Assembly (NCBI GenBank): GCA_964057225.1
Contig: OZ059895.1
Location: 21,824,001-21,888,000, forward strand
Length of the DNA stretch: 64,000 nucleotides
Reading direction: 5' to 3'
From: Auanema rhodensis
Lineage: Eukaryota > Animalia > Nematoda
A program made the translations under genes and the position numbers. The notes below the pieces were generated by a model. It did not search any database, was not told the DNA's origin, and saw only the letters and a list, made by a program, of their open reading frames with translations. Shown here piece by piece: positions 40,301-53,199 of the stretch (position 1 is its first letter; the number at the start of each line of letters is the position of its first letter).

Positions 40301-43300
40301 GTCGATCTGTGTTATCAGATTTGCGCTAGCTTAAAAATGCACCGAGATATCAACTGATATAAGTTCACACTTATATCCTCGATTTTCACCCTGAAGAATT
40401 AATTTTTTCGTTGAATAACATTGTCCATCGTCTTTGCCTTGAAAAAAAAAATCTGAAAACATCTACTTTTTGCTAAATTATTTTGAAATTTTTCGAAAAA
40501 ATTTTTGTCAAAATGTTTTTGGAAGCAATGTTGAGTGTACATGGAAACTCAACATACACTAATGCATCATTTTTCAAACGATCATAACTAATTTTTGTAT
40601 TAAGCGTTTCTCAATGTAGTATAGTGCATTCGATGCGGATTTTTAAGCTGCGTCGATCTGTGTTATCAGATTTGCGCTAGCTTAAAAATGCACCGAGATA
40701 TCAACTGATATAAGTTCACACTTATATCCTCGATTTTCACCCTGAAGAATTAATTTTTTCGTTGAATAACATTGTCCATCGTCTTTGCCTTGAAAAAAGG
40801 AATCTAAAAACATCTACTTTTTGCTAAATTATTTTGAAATTTTTCGAAAAAATTTTTGTCAAAATGTTTTTGGAAGCAATGTTGAGTGTACATGGAAACT
40901 CAACATACACTAATGCATCATTTTTCAAACGATCATAACTAATTTTTGTATTGAGCGTTTCTCATTGTAGTATAGTGCATTCGATGCGGATTTTTGAGCT
41001 GCGTCGATCTGTGTTATCAGATTTGCGCTAGCTTAAAAATGCACCGAGATATCAACTGATATAAGTTCACACTTATATCCTCGATTTTCACCCTGAAGAA
41101 TTAATTTTTTCGTTGAATAACATTGTCCATCGTCTTTGCCTTGAAAAAAAAAATCTGAAAACATCTACTTTTTGCTAAATTATTTTGAAATTTTTCGAAA
41201 AAATTTTTGTCAAAATGTTTTTGGAAGCAATGTTGAGTGTACATGGAAACTCAACATACACTAATGCATCATTTTTCAAACGATCATAACTAATTTTTGT
41301 ATTAAGCGTTTCTCAATGTAGTATAGTGCATTCGATGCGGATTTTTAAGCTGCGTCGATCTGTGTTATCAGATTTGCGCTAGCTTAAAAATGCACCGAGA
41401 TATCAACTGATATAAGTTCACACTTATATCCTCGATTTTCACCCTGAAGAATTAATTTTTTCGTTGAATAACATTGTCCATCGTCTTTGCCTTGAAAAAA
41501 GGAATCTAAAAACATCTACTTTTTGCTAAATTATTTTGAAATTTTTCGAAAAAATTTTTGTCAAAATGTTTTTGGAAGCAATGTTGAGTGTACATGGAAA
41601 CTCAACATACACTAATGCATCATTTTTCAAACGATCATAACTAATTTTTGTATTGAGCGTTTCTCATTGTAGTATAGTGCATTCGATGCGGATTTTTGAG
41701 CTGCGTCGATCTGTGTTATCAGATTTGCGCTAGCTTAAAAATGCACCGAGATATCAACTGATATAAGTTCACACTTATATCCTCGATTTTCACCCTGAAG
41801 AATTAATTTTTTCGTTGAATAACATTGTCCATCGTCTTTGCCTTGAAAAAAAAAATCTGAAAACATCTACTTTTTGCTAAATTATTTTGAAATTTTTCGA
41901 AAAAATTTTTGTCAAAATGTTTTTGGAAGCAATGTTGAGTGTACATGGAAACTCAACATACACTAATGCATCATTTTTCAAACGATCATAACTAATTTTT
42001 GTATTAAGCGTTTCTCAATGTAGTATAGTGCATTCGATGCGGATTTTTAAGCTGCGTCGATCTGTGTTATCAGATTTGCGCTAGCTTAAAAATGCACCGA
42101 GATATCAACTGATATAAGTTCACACTTATATCCTCGATTTTCACCCTGAAGAATTAATTTTTTCGTTGAATAACATTGTCCATCGTCTTTGCCTTGAAAA
42201 AAAAATCTGAAAACATCTACTTTTTGCTAAATTATTTTGAAATTTTTCGAAAAAATTTTTGTCAAAATGTTTTTGGAAGCAATGTTGAGTGTACATGGAA
42301 ACTCAACATACACTAATGCATCATTTTTCAAACGATCATAACTAATTTTTGTATTGAGCGTTTCTCACTGTAGTATAGTGCATTCGATGCGGATTTTTGA
42401 GCTGCGTCGATCTGTGTTATCAGATTTGCGCTAGCTTAAAAATGCACCGAGATATCAACTGATATAAGTTCACACTTATATCCTCGATTTTCACCCTGAA
42501 GAATTAATTTTTTCGTTGAATAACAATGTCCATCGTCTTTGCCTTGAAAAAAGGAATCTAAAAACATCTACTTTTTGCTAAATTATTTTGAAATTTTTCG
42601 AAAAAATTTTTGTCAAAATGTTTTTGGAAGCAATGTTGAGTGTACATGGAAACTCAACATACACTAATGCATCATTTTTCAAACGATCATAACTAATTTT
42701 TGTATTGAGCGTTTCTCATTGTAGTATAGTGCATTCGATGCGGATTTTTGAGCTGCGTCGATCTGTGTTATCAGATTTGCGCTAGCTTAAAAATGCACCG
42801 AGATATCAACTGATATAAGTTCACACTTATATCCTCGATTTTCACCCTGAAGAATTAATTTTTTCGTTGAATAACAATGTCCATCGTCTTTGCCTTGAAA
42901 AAAGGAATCTAAAAACATCTACTTTTTGCTAAATTATTTTGAAATTTTTCGAAAAAATTTTTGTCAAAATGTTTTTGGAAGCAATGTTGAGTGTACATGG
43001 AAACTCAACATACACTAACGCATCATTTTTCAAACGATCATAACTAATTTTTGTATTAAGCGTTTCTCAATGTAGTATAGTGCATTCGATGCGGATTTTT
43101 AAGCTGCGTCGATCTGTGTTATCAGATTTGCGCTAGCTTAAAAATGCACCGAGATATCAACTGATATAAGTTCACACTTATATCCTCGATTTTCACCCTG
43201 AAGAATTAATTTTTTCGTTGAATAACATTGTCCATCGTCTTTGCCTTGAAAAAAGGAATCTAAAAACATCTACTTTTTGCTAAATTATTTTGAAATTTTT

Positions 43301-43459
43301 CGAAAAAATTTTTGTCAAAATGTTTTTGGAAGCAATGTTGAGTGTACATGGAAACTCAACATACACTAATGCATCATTTTTCAAACGATCATAACTAATT
43401 TTTGTATTGAGCGTTTCTCATTGTAGTATAGTGCATTCGATGCGGATTTTTGAGCTGCG

Positions 43460-46400
43460 TCGATCTGTGTTATCAGATTTGCGCTAGCTTAAAAATGCAC
43501 CGAGATATCAACTGATATAAGTTCACACTTATATCCTCGATTTTCACCCTGAAGAATTAATTTTTTCGTTGAATAACAATGTCCATCGTCTTTGCCTTGA
43601 AAAAAGGAATCTAAAAACATCTACTTTTTGCTAAATTATTTTGAAATTTTTCGAAAAAATTTTTGTCAAAATGTTTTTGGAAGCAATGTTGAGTGTACAT
43701 GGAAACTCAACATACACTAACGCATCATTTTTCAAACGATCATAACTAATTTTTGTATTAAGCGTTTCTCAATGTAGTATAGTGCATTCGATGCGGATTT
43801 TTAAGCTGCGTCGATCTGTGTTATCAGATTTGCGCTAGCTTAAAAATGCACCGAGATATCAACTGATATAAGTTCACACTTACATCTTCGATTTTCACCC
43901 TGAAGAATTAATTTTTTCGTTGAATAACAATGTCCATCGTCTTTGAGTTGAAAAAAGGAATCTAAAAACATCTACTTTTTGCTAAATTATTTTGAAATTT
44001 TTCGAAAAAATTTTTGTCAAAATGTTTTTGGAAGCAATGTTGAGTGTACATGGAAACTCAACATACACTAACGCATCATTTTTCAAACGATCATAACTAA
44101 TTTTTGTATTAAGCGTTTCTCAATGTAGTATAGTGCATTCGATGCGGATTTTTAAGCTGCGTCGATCTGTGTTATCAGATTTGCGCTAGCTTAAAAATGC
44201 ACCGAGATATCAACTGATATAAGTTCACACTTATATCCTCGATTTTCACCCTGAAGAATTAATTTTTTCGTTGAATAACATTGTCCATCGTCTTTGCCTT
44301 AAAAAAAAAAATCTGAAAACATCTACTTTTTGCTAAATTATTTTGAAATTTTTCGAAAAAATTTTTGTCAAAATGTTTTTGGAAGCAATGTTGAGTGTAC
44401 ATGGAAACTCAACATACACTAATGCATCATTTTTCAAACGATCATAACTAATTTTTGTATTAAGCGTTTCTCAATGTAGTATAGTGCATTCGATGCGGAT
44501 TTTTAAGCTGCGTCGATCTGTGTTATCAGATTTGCGCTAGCTTAAAAATGCACCGAGATATCAACTGATATAAGTTCACACTTATATCCTCGATTTTCAC
44601 CCTGAAGAATTAATTTTTTCGTTGAATAACATTGTCCATCGTCTTTGCCTTGAAAAAAGGAATCTAAAAACATCTACTTTTTGCTAAATTATTTTGAAAT
44701 TTTTCGAAAAAATTTTTGTCAAAATGTTTTTGGAAGCAATGTTGAGTGTACATGGAAACTCAACATACACTAATGCATCATTTTTCAAACGATCATAACT
44801 AATTTTTGTATTGAGCGTTTCTCATTGTAGTATAGTGCATTCGATGCGGATTTTTGAGCTGCGTCGATCTGTGTTATCAGATTTGCGCTAGCTTAAAAAT
44901 GCACCGAGATATCAACTGATATAAGTTCACACTTATATCCTCGATTTTCACCCTGAAGAATTAATTTTTTCGTTGAATAACAATGTCCATCGTCTTTGCC
45001 TTGAAAAAAGGAATCTAAAAACATCTACTTTTTGCTAAATTATTTTGAAATTTTTCGAAAAAATTTTTGTCAAAATGTTTTTGGAAGCAATGTTGAGTGT
45101 ACATGGAAACTCAACATACACTAACGCATCATTTTTCAAACGATCATAACTAATTTTTGTATTAAGCGTTTCTCAATGTAGTATAGTGCATTCGATGCGG
45201 ATTTTTAAGCTGCGTCGATCTGTGTTATCAGATTTGCGCTAGCTTAAAAATGCACCGAGATATCAACTGATATAAGTTCACACTTATATCCTCGATTTTC
45301 ACCCTGAAGAATTAATTTTTTCGTTGAATAACATTGTCCATCGTCTTTGCCTTAAAAAAAAAAATCTGAAAACATCTACTTTTTGCTAAATTATTTTGAA
45401 ATTTTTCGAAAAAATTTTTGTCAAAATGTTTTTGGAAGCAATGTTGAGTGTACATGGAAACTCAACATACACTAATGCATCATTTTTCAAACGATCATAA
45501 CTAATTTTTGTATTAAGCGTTTCTCAATGTAGTATAGTGCATTCGATGCGGATTTTTAAGCTGCGTCGATCTGTGTTATCAGATTTGCGCTAGCTTAAAA
45601 ATGCACCGAGATATCAACTGATATAAGTTCACACTTATATCCTCGATTTTCACCCTGAAGAATTAATTTTTTCGTTGAATAACAATGTCCATCGTCTTTG
45701 CCTTGAAAAAAGGAATCTAAAAACATCTACTTTTTGCTAAATTATTTTGAAATTTTTCGAAAAAATTTTTGTCAAAATGTTTTTGGAAGCAATGTTGAGT
45801 GTACATGGAAACTCCACATACACTAACGCATCATTTTTCAAACGATCATAACTAATTTTTGTATTAAGCGTTTCTCAATGTAGTATAGTGCATTCGATGC
45901 GGATTTTTAAGCTGCGTCGATCTGTGTTATCAGATTTGCGCTAGCTTAAAAATGCACCGAGATATCAACTGATATAAGTTCACACATATCCTCGATTTTC
46001 ACCCTGAAGAATTAATTTTTTCGTTGAATAATATTGTCCATCGTCTTTGCCTTGAAAGAAAGAATCTAAAAACATCTACTTTTTGCTAAATTATTTTGAA
46101 ATTTTTCGAAAAAATTTTTGTCAAAATGTTTTTGGAAGCAATGTTGAGTGTACATGGAAACTCAACATACACTAATGCATCATTTTTCAAACGATCATAA
46201 CTAATTTTTGTATTGAGCGTTTCTCATTGTAGTATAGTGCATTCGATGCGGATTTTTAAGCTGCGCCGATCTGTGTTATCAGATTTGCGCTAGCTTAAAA
46301 ATGCACCGAGATATCAACTGATATAAGTTCACACTTACATCTTCGATTTTCACCCTGAAGAATTAATTTTTTCGTTGAATAACATTGTCCATCGTCTTTG

Positions 46401-49400
46401 CCTTGAAAAAAGGAATCTAAAAACATCTACTTTTTGCTAAATTATTTTGAAATTTTTCGAAAAAATTTTTGTCAAAATGTTTTTGGAAGCAATGTTGAGT
46501 GTACATGGAAACTCAACATACACTAATGCATCATTTTTCAAACGATCATAACTAATTTTTGTATTAAGCGTTTCTCAATGTAGTGTAGTGCATTCGATGC
46601 GGATTTTTAAGCTGCGTCGATCTGTGTTATCAGATTTGCGCTAGCTTAAAAATGCACCGAGATATCAACTGATATAAGTTCACACTTATATCCTCGATTT
46701 TCACCCTGAAGAATTAATTTTTTCGTTGAATAACAATGTCCATCGTCTTTGCCTTGAAAAAAGGAATCTAAAAACATCTACTTTTTGCTAAATTATTTTG
46801 AAATTTTTCGAAAAAATTTTTGTCAAAATGTTTTTGGAAGCAATGTTGAGTGTACATGGAAACTCAACATACACTAATGCATCATTTTTCAAACGATCAT
46901 AACTAATTTTTGTATTGAGCGTTTCTCATTGTAGTATAGTGCATTCGATGCGGATTTTTAAGCTGCGTCGATCTGTGTTATCAGATTTGCGCTAGCTTAA
47001 AAATGCACCGAGATATCAACTGATATAAGTTCACACTTATATCCTCGATTTTCACCCTGAAGAATTAATTTTTTCGTTGAATAACAATGTCCATCGTCTT
47101 TGCCTTGAAAAAAGGAATCTAAAAACATCTACTTTTTGCTAAATTATTTTGAAATTTTTCGAAAAAATTTTTGTCAAAATGTTTTTGGAAGCAATGTTGA
47201 GTGTACATGGAAACTCAACATACACTAACGCATCATTTTTCAAACGATCATAACTAATTTTTGTATTAAGCGTTTCTCAATGTAGTATAGTGCATTCGAT
47301 GCGGATTTTTAAGCTGCGTCGATCTGTGTTATCAGATTTGCGCTAGCTTAAAAATGCACCGAGATATCAACTGATATAAGTTCACACTTACATCTTCGAT
47401 TTTCACCCTGAAGAATTAATTTTTTCGTTGAATAACAATGTCCATCGTCTTTGCCTTGAAAAAAGGAATCTAAAAACATCTACTTTTTGCTAAATTATTT
47501 TGAAATTTTTCGAAAAAATTTTTGTCAAAATGTTTTTGGAAGCAATGTTGAGTGTACATGGAAACTCAACATACACTAACGCATCATTTTTCAAACGATC
47601 ATAACTAATTTTTGTATTAAGCGTTTCTCAATGTAGTATAGTGCATTCGATGCGGATTTTTAAGCTGCGTCGATCTGTGTTATCAGATTTGCGCTAGCTT
47701 AAAAATGCACCGAGATATCAACTGATATAAGTTCACACTTATATCCTCGATTTTCACCCTGAAGAATTAATTTTTTCGTTGAATAACATTGTCCATCGTC
47801 TTTGCCTTAAAAAAAAAATCTGAAAACATCTACTTTTTGCTAAATTATTTTGAAATTTTTCGAAAAAATTTTTGTCAAAATGTTTTTGGAAGCAATGTTG
47901 AGTGTACATGGAAACTCAACATACACTAATGCATCATTTTTCAAACGATCATAACTAATTTTTGTATTAAGCGTTTCTCAATGTAGTATAGTGCATTCGA
48001 TGCGGATTTTTAAGCTGCGTCGATCTGTGTTATCAGATTTGCGCTAGCTTAAAAATGCACCGAGATATCAACTGATATAAGTTCACACTTATATCCTCGA
48101 TTTTCACCCTGAAGAATTAATTTTTTCGTTGAATAACATTGTCCATCGTCTTTGCCTTGAAAAAAGGAATCTAAAAACATCTACTTTTTGCTAAATTATT
48201 TTGAAATTTTTCGAAAAAATTTTTGTCAAAATGTTTTTGGAAGCAATGTTGAGTGTACATGGAAACTCAACATACACTAATGCATCATTTTTCAAACGAT
48301 CATAACTAATTTTTGTATTGAGCGTTTCTCATTGTAGTATAGTGCATTCGATGCGGATTTTTGAGCTGCGTCGATCTGTGTTATCAGATTTGCGCTAGCT
48401 TAAAAATGCACCGAGATATCAACTGATATAAGTTCACACTTATATCCTCGATTTTCACCCTGAAGAATTAATTTTTTCGTTGAATAACAATGTCCATCGT
48501 CTTTGCCTTGAAAAAAGGAATCTAAAAACATCTACTTTTTGCTAAATTATTTTGAAATTTTTCGAAAAAATTTTTGTCAAAATGTTTTTGGAAGCAATGT
48601 TGAGTGTACATGGAAACTCAACATACACTAACGCATCATTTTTCAAACGATCATAACTAATTTTTGTATTAAGCGTTTCTCAATGTAGTATAGTGCATTC
48701 GATGCGGATTTTTAAGCTGCGTCGATCTGTGTTATCAGATTTGCGCTAGCTTAAAAATGCACCGAGATATCAACTGATATAAGTTCACACTTATATCCTC
48801 GATTTTCACCCTGAAGAATTAATTTTTTCGTTGAATAACATTGTCCATCGTCTTTGCCTTAAAAAAAAAAATCTGAAAACATCTACTTTTTGCTAAATTA
48901 TTTTGAAATTTTTCGAAAAAATTTTTGTCAAAATGTTTTTGGAAGCAATGTTGAGTGTACATGGAAACTCAACATACACTAATGCATCATTTTTCAAACG
49001 ATCATAACTAATTTTTGTATTAAGCGTTTCTCAATGTAGTATAGTGCATTCGATGCGGATTTTTAAGCTGCGTCGATCTGTGTTATCAGATTTGCGCTAG
49101 CTTAAAAATGCACCGAGATATCAACTGATATAAGTTCACACTTATATCCTCGATTTTCACCCTGAAGAATTAATTTTTTCGTTGAATAACAATGTCCATC
49201 GTCTTTGCCTTGAAAAAAGGAATCTAAAAACATCTACTTTTTGCTAAATTATTTTGAAATTTTTCGAAAAAATTTTTGTCAAAATGTTTTTGGAAGCAAT
49301 GTTGAGTGTACATGGAAACTCCACATACACTAACGCATCATTTTTCAAACGATCATAACTAATTTTTGTATTAAGCGTTTCTCAATGTAGTATAGTGCAT

Positions 49401-50540
49401 TCGATGCGGATTTTTAAGCTGCATCGATCTGTGTTATCAGATTTGCGCTAGCTTAAAAATGCACCGAGATATCAACTGATATAAGTTCACACATATCCTC
49501 GATTTTCACCCTGAAGAATTAATTTTTTCGTTGAATAATATTGTCCATCGTCTTTGCCTTGAAAGAAAGAATCTAAAAACATCTACTTTTTGCTAAATTA
49601 TTTTGAAATTTTTCGAAAAACTTTTTGTCAAAATGTTTTTGGAAGCAATGTTGAGTGTACATGGAAACTCAACATACACTAATGCATCATTTTTCAAACG
49701 ATCATAACTAATTTTTGTATTGAGCGTTTCTCATTGTAGTATAGTGCATTCGATGCGGATTTTTAAGCTGCGCCGATCTGTGTTATCAGATTTGCGCTAG
49801 CTTAAAAATGCACCGAGATATCAACTGATATAAGTTCACACTTACATCTTCGATTTTCACCCTGAAGAATTAATTTTTTCGTTGAATAACATTGTCCATC
49901 GTCTTTGCCTTGAAAAAAGGAATCTAAAAACATCTACTTTTTGCTAAATTATTTTGAAATTTTTCGAAAAAATTTTTGTCAAAATGTTTTTGGAAGCAAT
50001 GTTGAGTGTACATGGAAACTCAACATACACTAATGCATCATTTTTCAAACGATCATAACTAATTTTTGTATTAAGCGTTTCTCAATGTAGTGTAGTGCAT
50101 TCGATGCGGATTTTTAAGCTGCGTCGATCTGTGTTATCAGATTTGCGCTAGCTTAAAAATGCACCGAGATATCAACTGATATAAGTTCACACTTATATCC
50201 TCGATTTTCACCCTGAAGAATTAATTTTTTCGTTGAATAACAATGTCCATCGTCTTTGCCTTGAAAAAAGGAATCTAAAAACATCTACTTTTTGCTAAAT
50301 TATTTTGAAATTTTTCGAAAAAATTTTTGTCAAAATGTTTTTGGAAGCAATGTTGAGTGTACATGGAAACTCAACATACACTAATGCATCATTTTTCAAA
50401 CGATCATAACTAATTTTTGTATTGAGCGTTTCTCATTGTAGTATAGTGCATTCGATGCGGATTTTTAAGCTGCGTCGATCTGTGTTATCAGATTTGCGCT
50501 AGCTTAAAAATGCACCGAGATATCAACTGATATAAGTTCA
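43460..50540. repeat. Tandem 10-monomer (3507-3508-bp) duplication
   Basis: ACTCCACAT 45815/49322, TGCGCCGAT 46266/49773 and TAGTGTAGT 46585/50092 are all +3507. ACATCTTCG 43887/47395 is +3508. The 2-bp deletion monomer is present in both copies. Confidence 0.9.
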
Positions 50541-53199
50541 CACTTACATCTTCGATTTTCACCCTGAAGAATTAATTTTTTCGTTGAATAACAATGTCCA
50601 TCGTCTTTGCCTTGAAAAAAGGAATCTAAAAACATCTACTTTTTGCTAAATTATTTTGAAATTTTTCGAAAAAATTTTTGTCAAAATGTTTTTGGAAGCA
50701 ATGTTGAGTGTACATGGAAACTCAACATACACTAATGCATCATTTTTCAAACGATCATAACTAATTTTTGTATTAAGCGTTTCTCAATGTAGTATAGTGC
50801 ATTCGATGCGGATTTTTAAGCTGCGTCGATCTGTGTTATCAGATTTGCGCTAGCTTAAAAATGCACCGAGATATCAACTGATATAAGTTCACACTTACAT
50901 CCTCGATTTTCACCCTGAAGAATTAATTTTTTCGTTGAATAATATTGTCCATCGTCTTTGCCTTGAAAGAAAGAATCTGAAAACATCTACTTTTTGCTAA
51001 ATTATTTTGAAATTTTTCGAAAAAATTTTTGTCAAAATGTTTTTGGAAGCAATGTTGAGTGTACATGGAAACTCAACATACACTAATGCATCATTTTTCA
51101 AACGATCATAACTAATTTTTGTATTGAGCGTTTCTCAATGTAGTATAGTGCATTCGATGCGGATTTTTAAGCTGCGTCGATCTGTGTTATCAGATTTGCG
51201 CTAGCTTAAAAATGCACCGAGATATCAACTGATATAAGTTCACACATATCCTCGATTTTCACCCTGAAGAATTAATTTTTTCGTTGAATAACATTGTCCA
51301 TCGTCTTTGCCTTGAAAAAAGGAATCTAAAAACATCTACTTTTTGCTAAATTATTTTGAAATTTTTCGAAAAAATTTTTGTCAAAATGTTTTTGGAAGCA
51401 ATGTTGAGTGTACATGGAAACTCAACATACACTAATGCATCATTTTTCAAACGATCATAACTAATTTTTGTATTGAGCGTTTCTCAATGTAGTATAGTGC
51501 ATTCGATGCGGATTTTTAAGCTGCGTCGATCTGTGTTATCAGATTTGCGCTAGCTTAAAAATGCACCGAGATATCAACTGATATAAGTTCACACATATCC
51601 TCGATTTTCACCCTGAAGAATTAATTTTTTCGTTGAATAACATTGTCCATCGTCTTTGCCTTGAAAGAAAGAATCTGAAAACATCTACTTTTTGCTAAAT
51701 TATTTTGAAATTTTTCGAAAAAATTTTTATCAAAATGTTTTTGGAAGCAATGTTGAGTGTACATGGAAACTCAACATACACTAATGCATCATTTTTCAAA
51801 CGATCATAACTAATTTTTGTATTGAGCGTTTCTCAATGTAGTATAGTGCATTCGATGCGGATTTTTAAGCTGCGTCGATCTGTGTTATCAGATTTGCGCT
51901 AGCTTAAAAATGCACCGAGATATCAACTGATATAAGTTCACACATATCCTCGATTTTCACCCTGAAGAATTAATTTTTTCGTTGAATAACATTGTCCATC
52001 GTCTTTGCCTTGAAAAAAGGAATCTAAAAACATCTACTTTTTGCTAAATTATTTTGAAATTTTTCGAAAAAATTTTTGTCAAAATGTTTTTGGAAGCAAT
52101 GTTGAGTGTACATGGAAACTCAACATACACTAATGCATCATTTTTCAAACGATCATAACTAATTTTTGTATTGAGCGTTTCTCATTGTAGTATAGTGCAT
52201 TCGATGCGGATTTTTAAGCTGCGTCGATCTGTGTTATCAGATTTGCGCTAGCTTAAAAATGCACCGAGATATCAACTGATATAAGTTCACACTTATATCC
52301 TCGATTTTCACCCTGAAGAATTAATTTTTTCGTTGAATAACATTGTCCATCGTCTTTGCCTTGGAAAAAGGAATCTAAAAACATCTACTTTTTGCTAAAT
52401 TATTTTGAAATTTTTCGAAAAAATTTTTGTCAAAATGTTTTTGGAAGCAATGTTGAGTGTACATGGAAACTCAACATACACTAATGCATCATTTTTCAAA
52501 CGATCATAACTAATTTTTGTATTGAGCGTTTCTCATTGTAGTATAGTGCATTCGATGCGGATTTTTAAGCTGCGTCGATCTGTGTTATCAGATTTGCGCT
52601 AGCTTAAAAATGCACCGAGATATCAACTGATATAAGTTCACACTTATATCCTCGATTTTCACCCTGAAGAATTAATTTTTTCGTTGAATAACATTGTCCA
52701 TCGTCTTTGCCTTGAAAAAAGAAATCTAAAAACATCTACTTTTTGCTAAATTATTTTGAAATTTTTCGAAAAAATTTTTGTCAAAATGTTTTTGGAAGCA
52801 ATGTTGAGTGTACATGGAAACTCAACATACACTAATGCATCATTTTTCAAACGATCATAACTAATTTTTGTATTGAGCGTTTCTCATTGTAGTATAGTGC
52901 ATTCGATGCGGATTTTTGAGCTGCGTCGATCTGTGTTATCAGATTTGCGCTAGCTTAAAAATGCACCGAGATATCAACTGATATAAGTTCACACTTATAT
53001 CCTCGATTTTCACCCTGAAGAATTAATTTTTTCGTTGAATAACATTGTCCATCGTCTTTGCCTTGAAAAAAGGAATCTAAAAACATCTTCTTTTTGCTAA
53101 ATTATTTTGAAATTTTTCGAAAAAATTTTTGTCAAAATGTTTTTGGAAGCAATGTTGAGTGTACATGGAAACTCAACATACACTAATGCATCATTTTTC

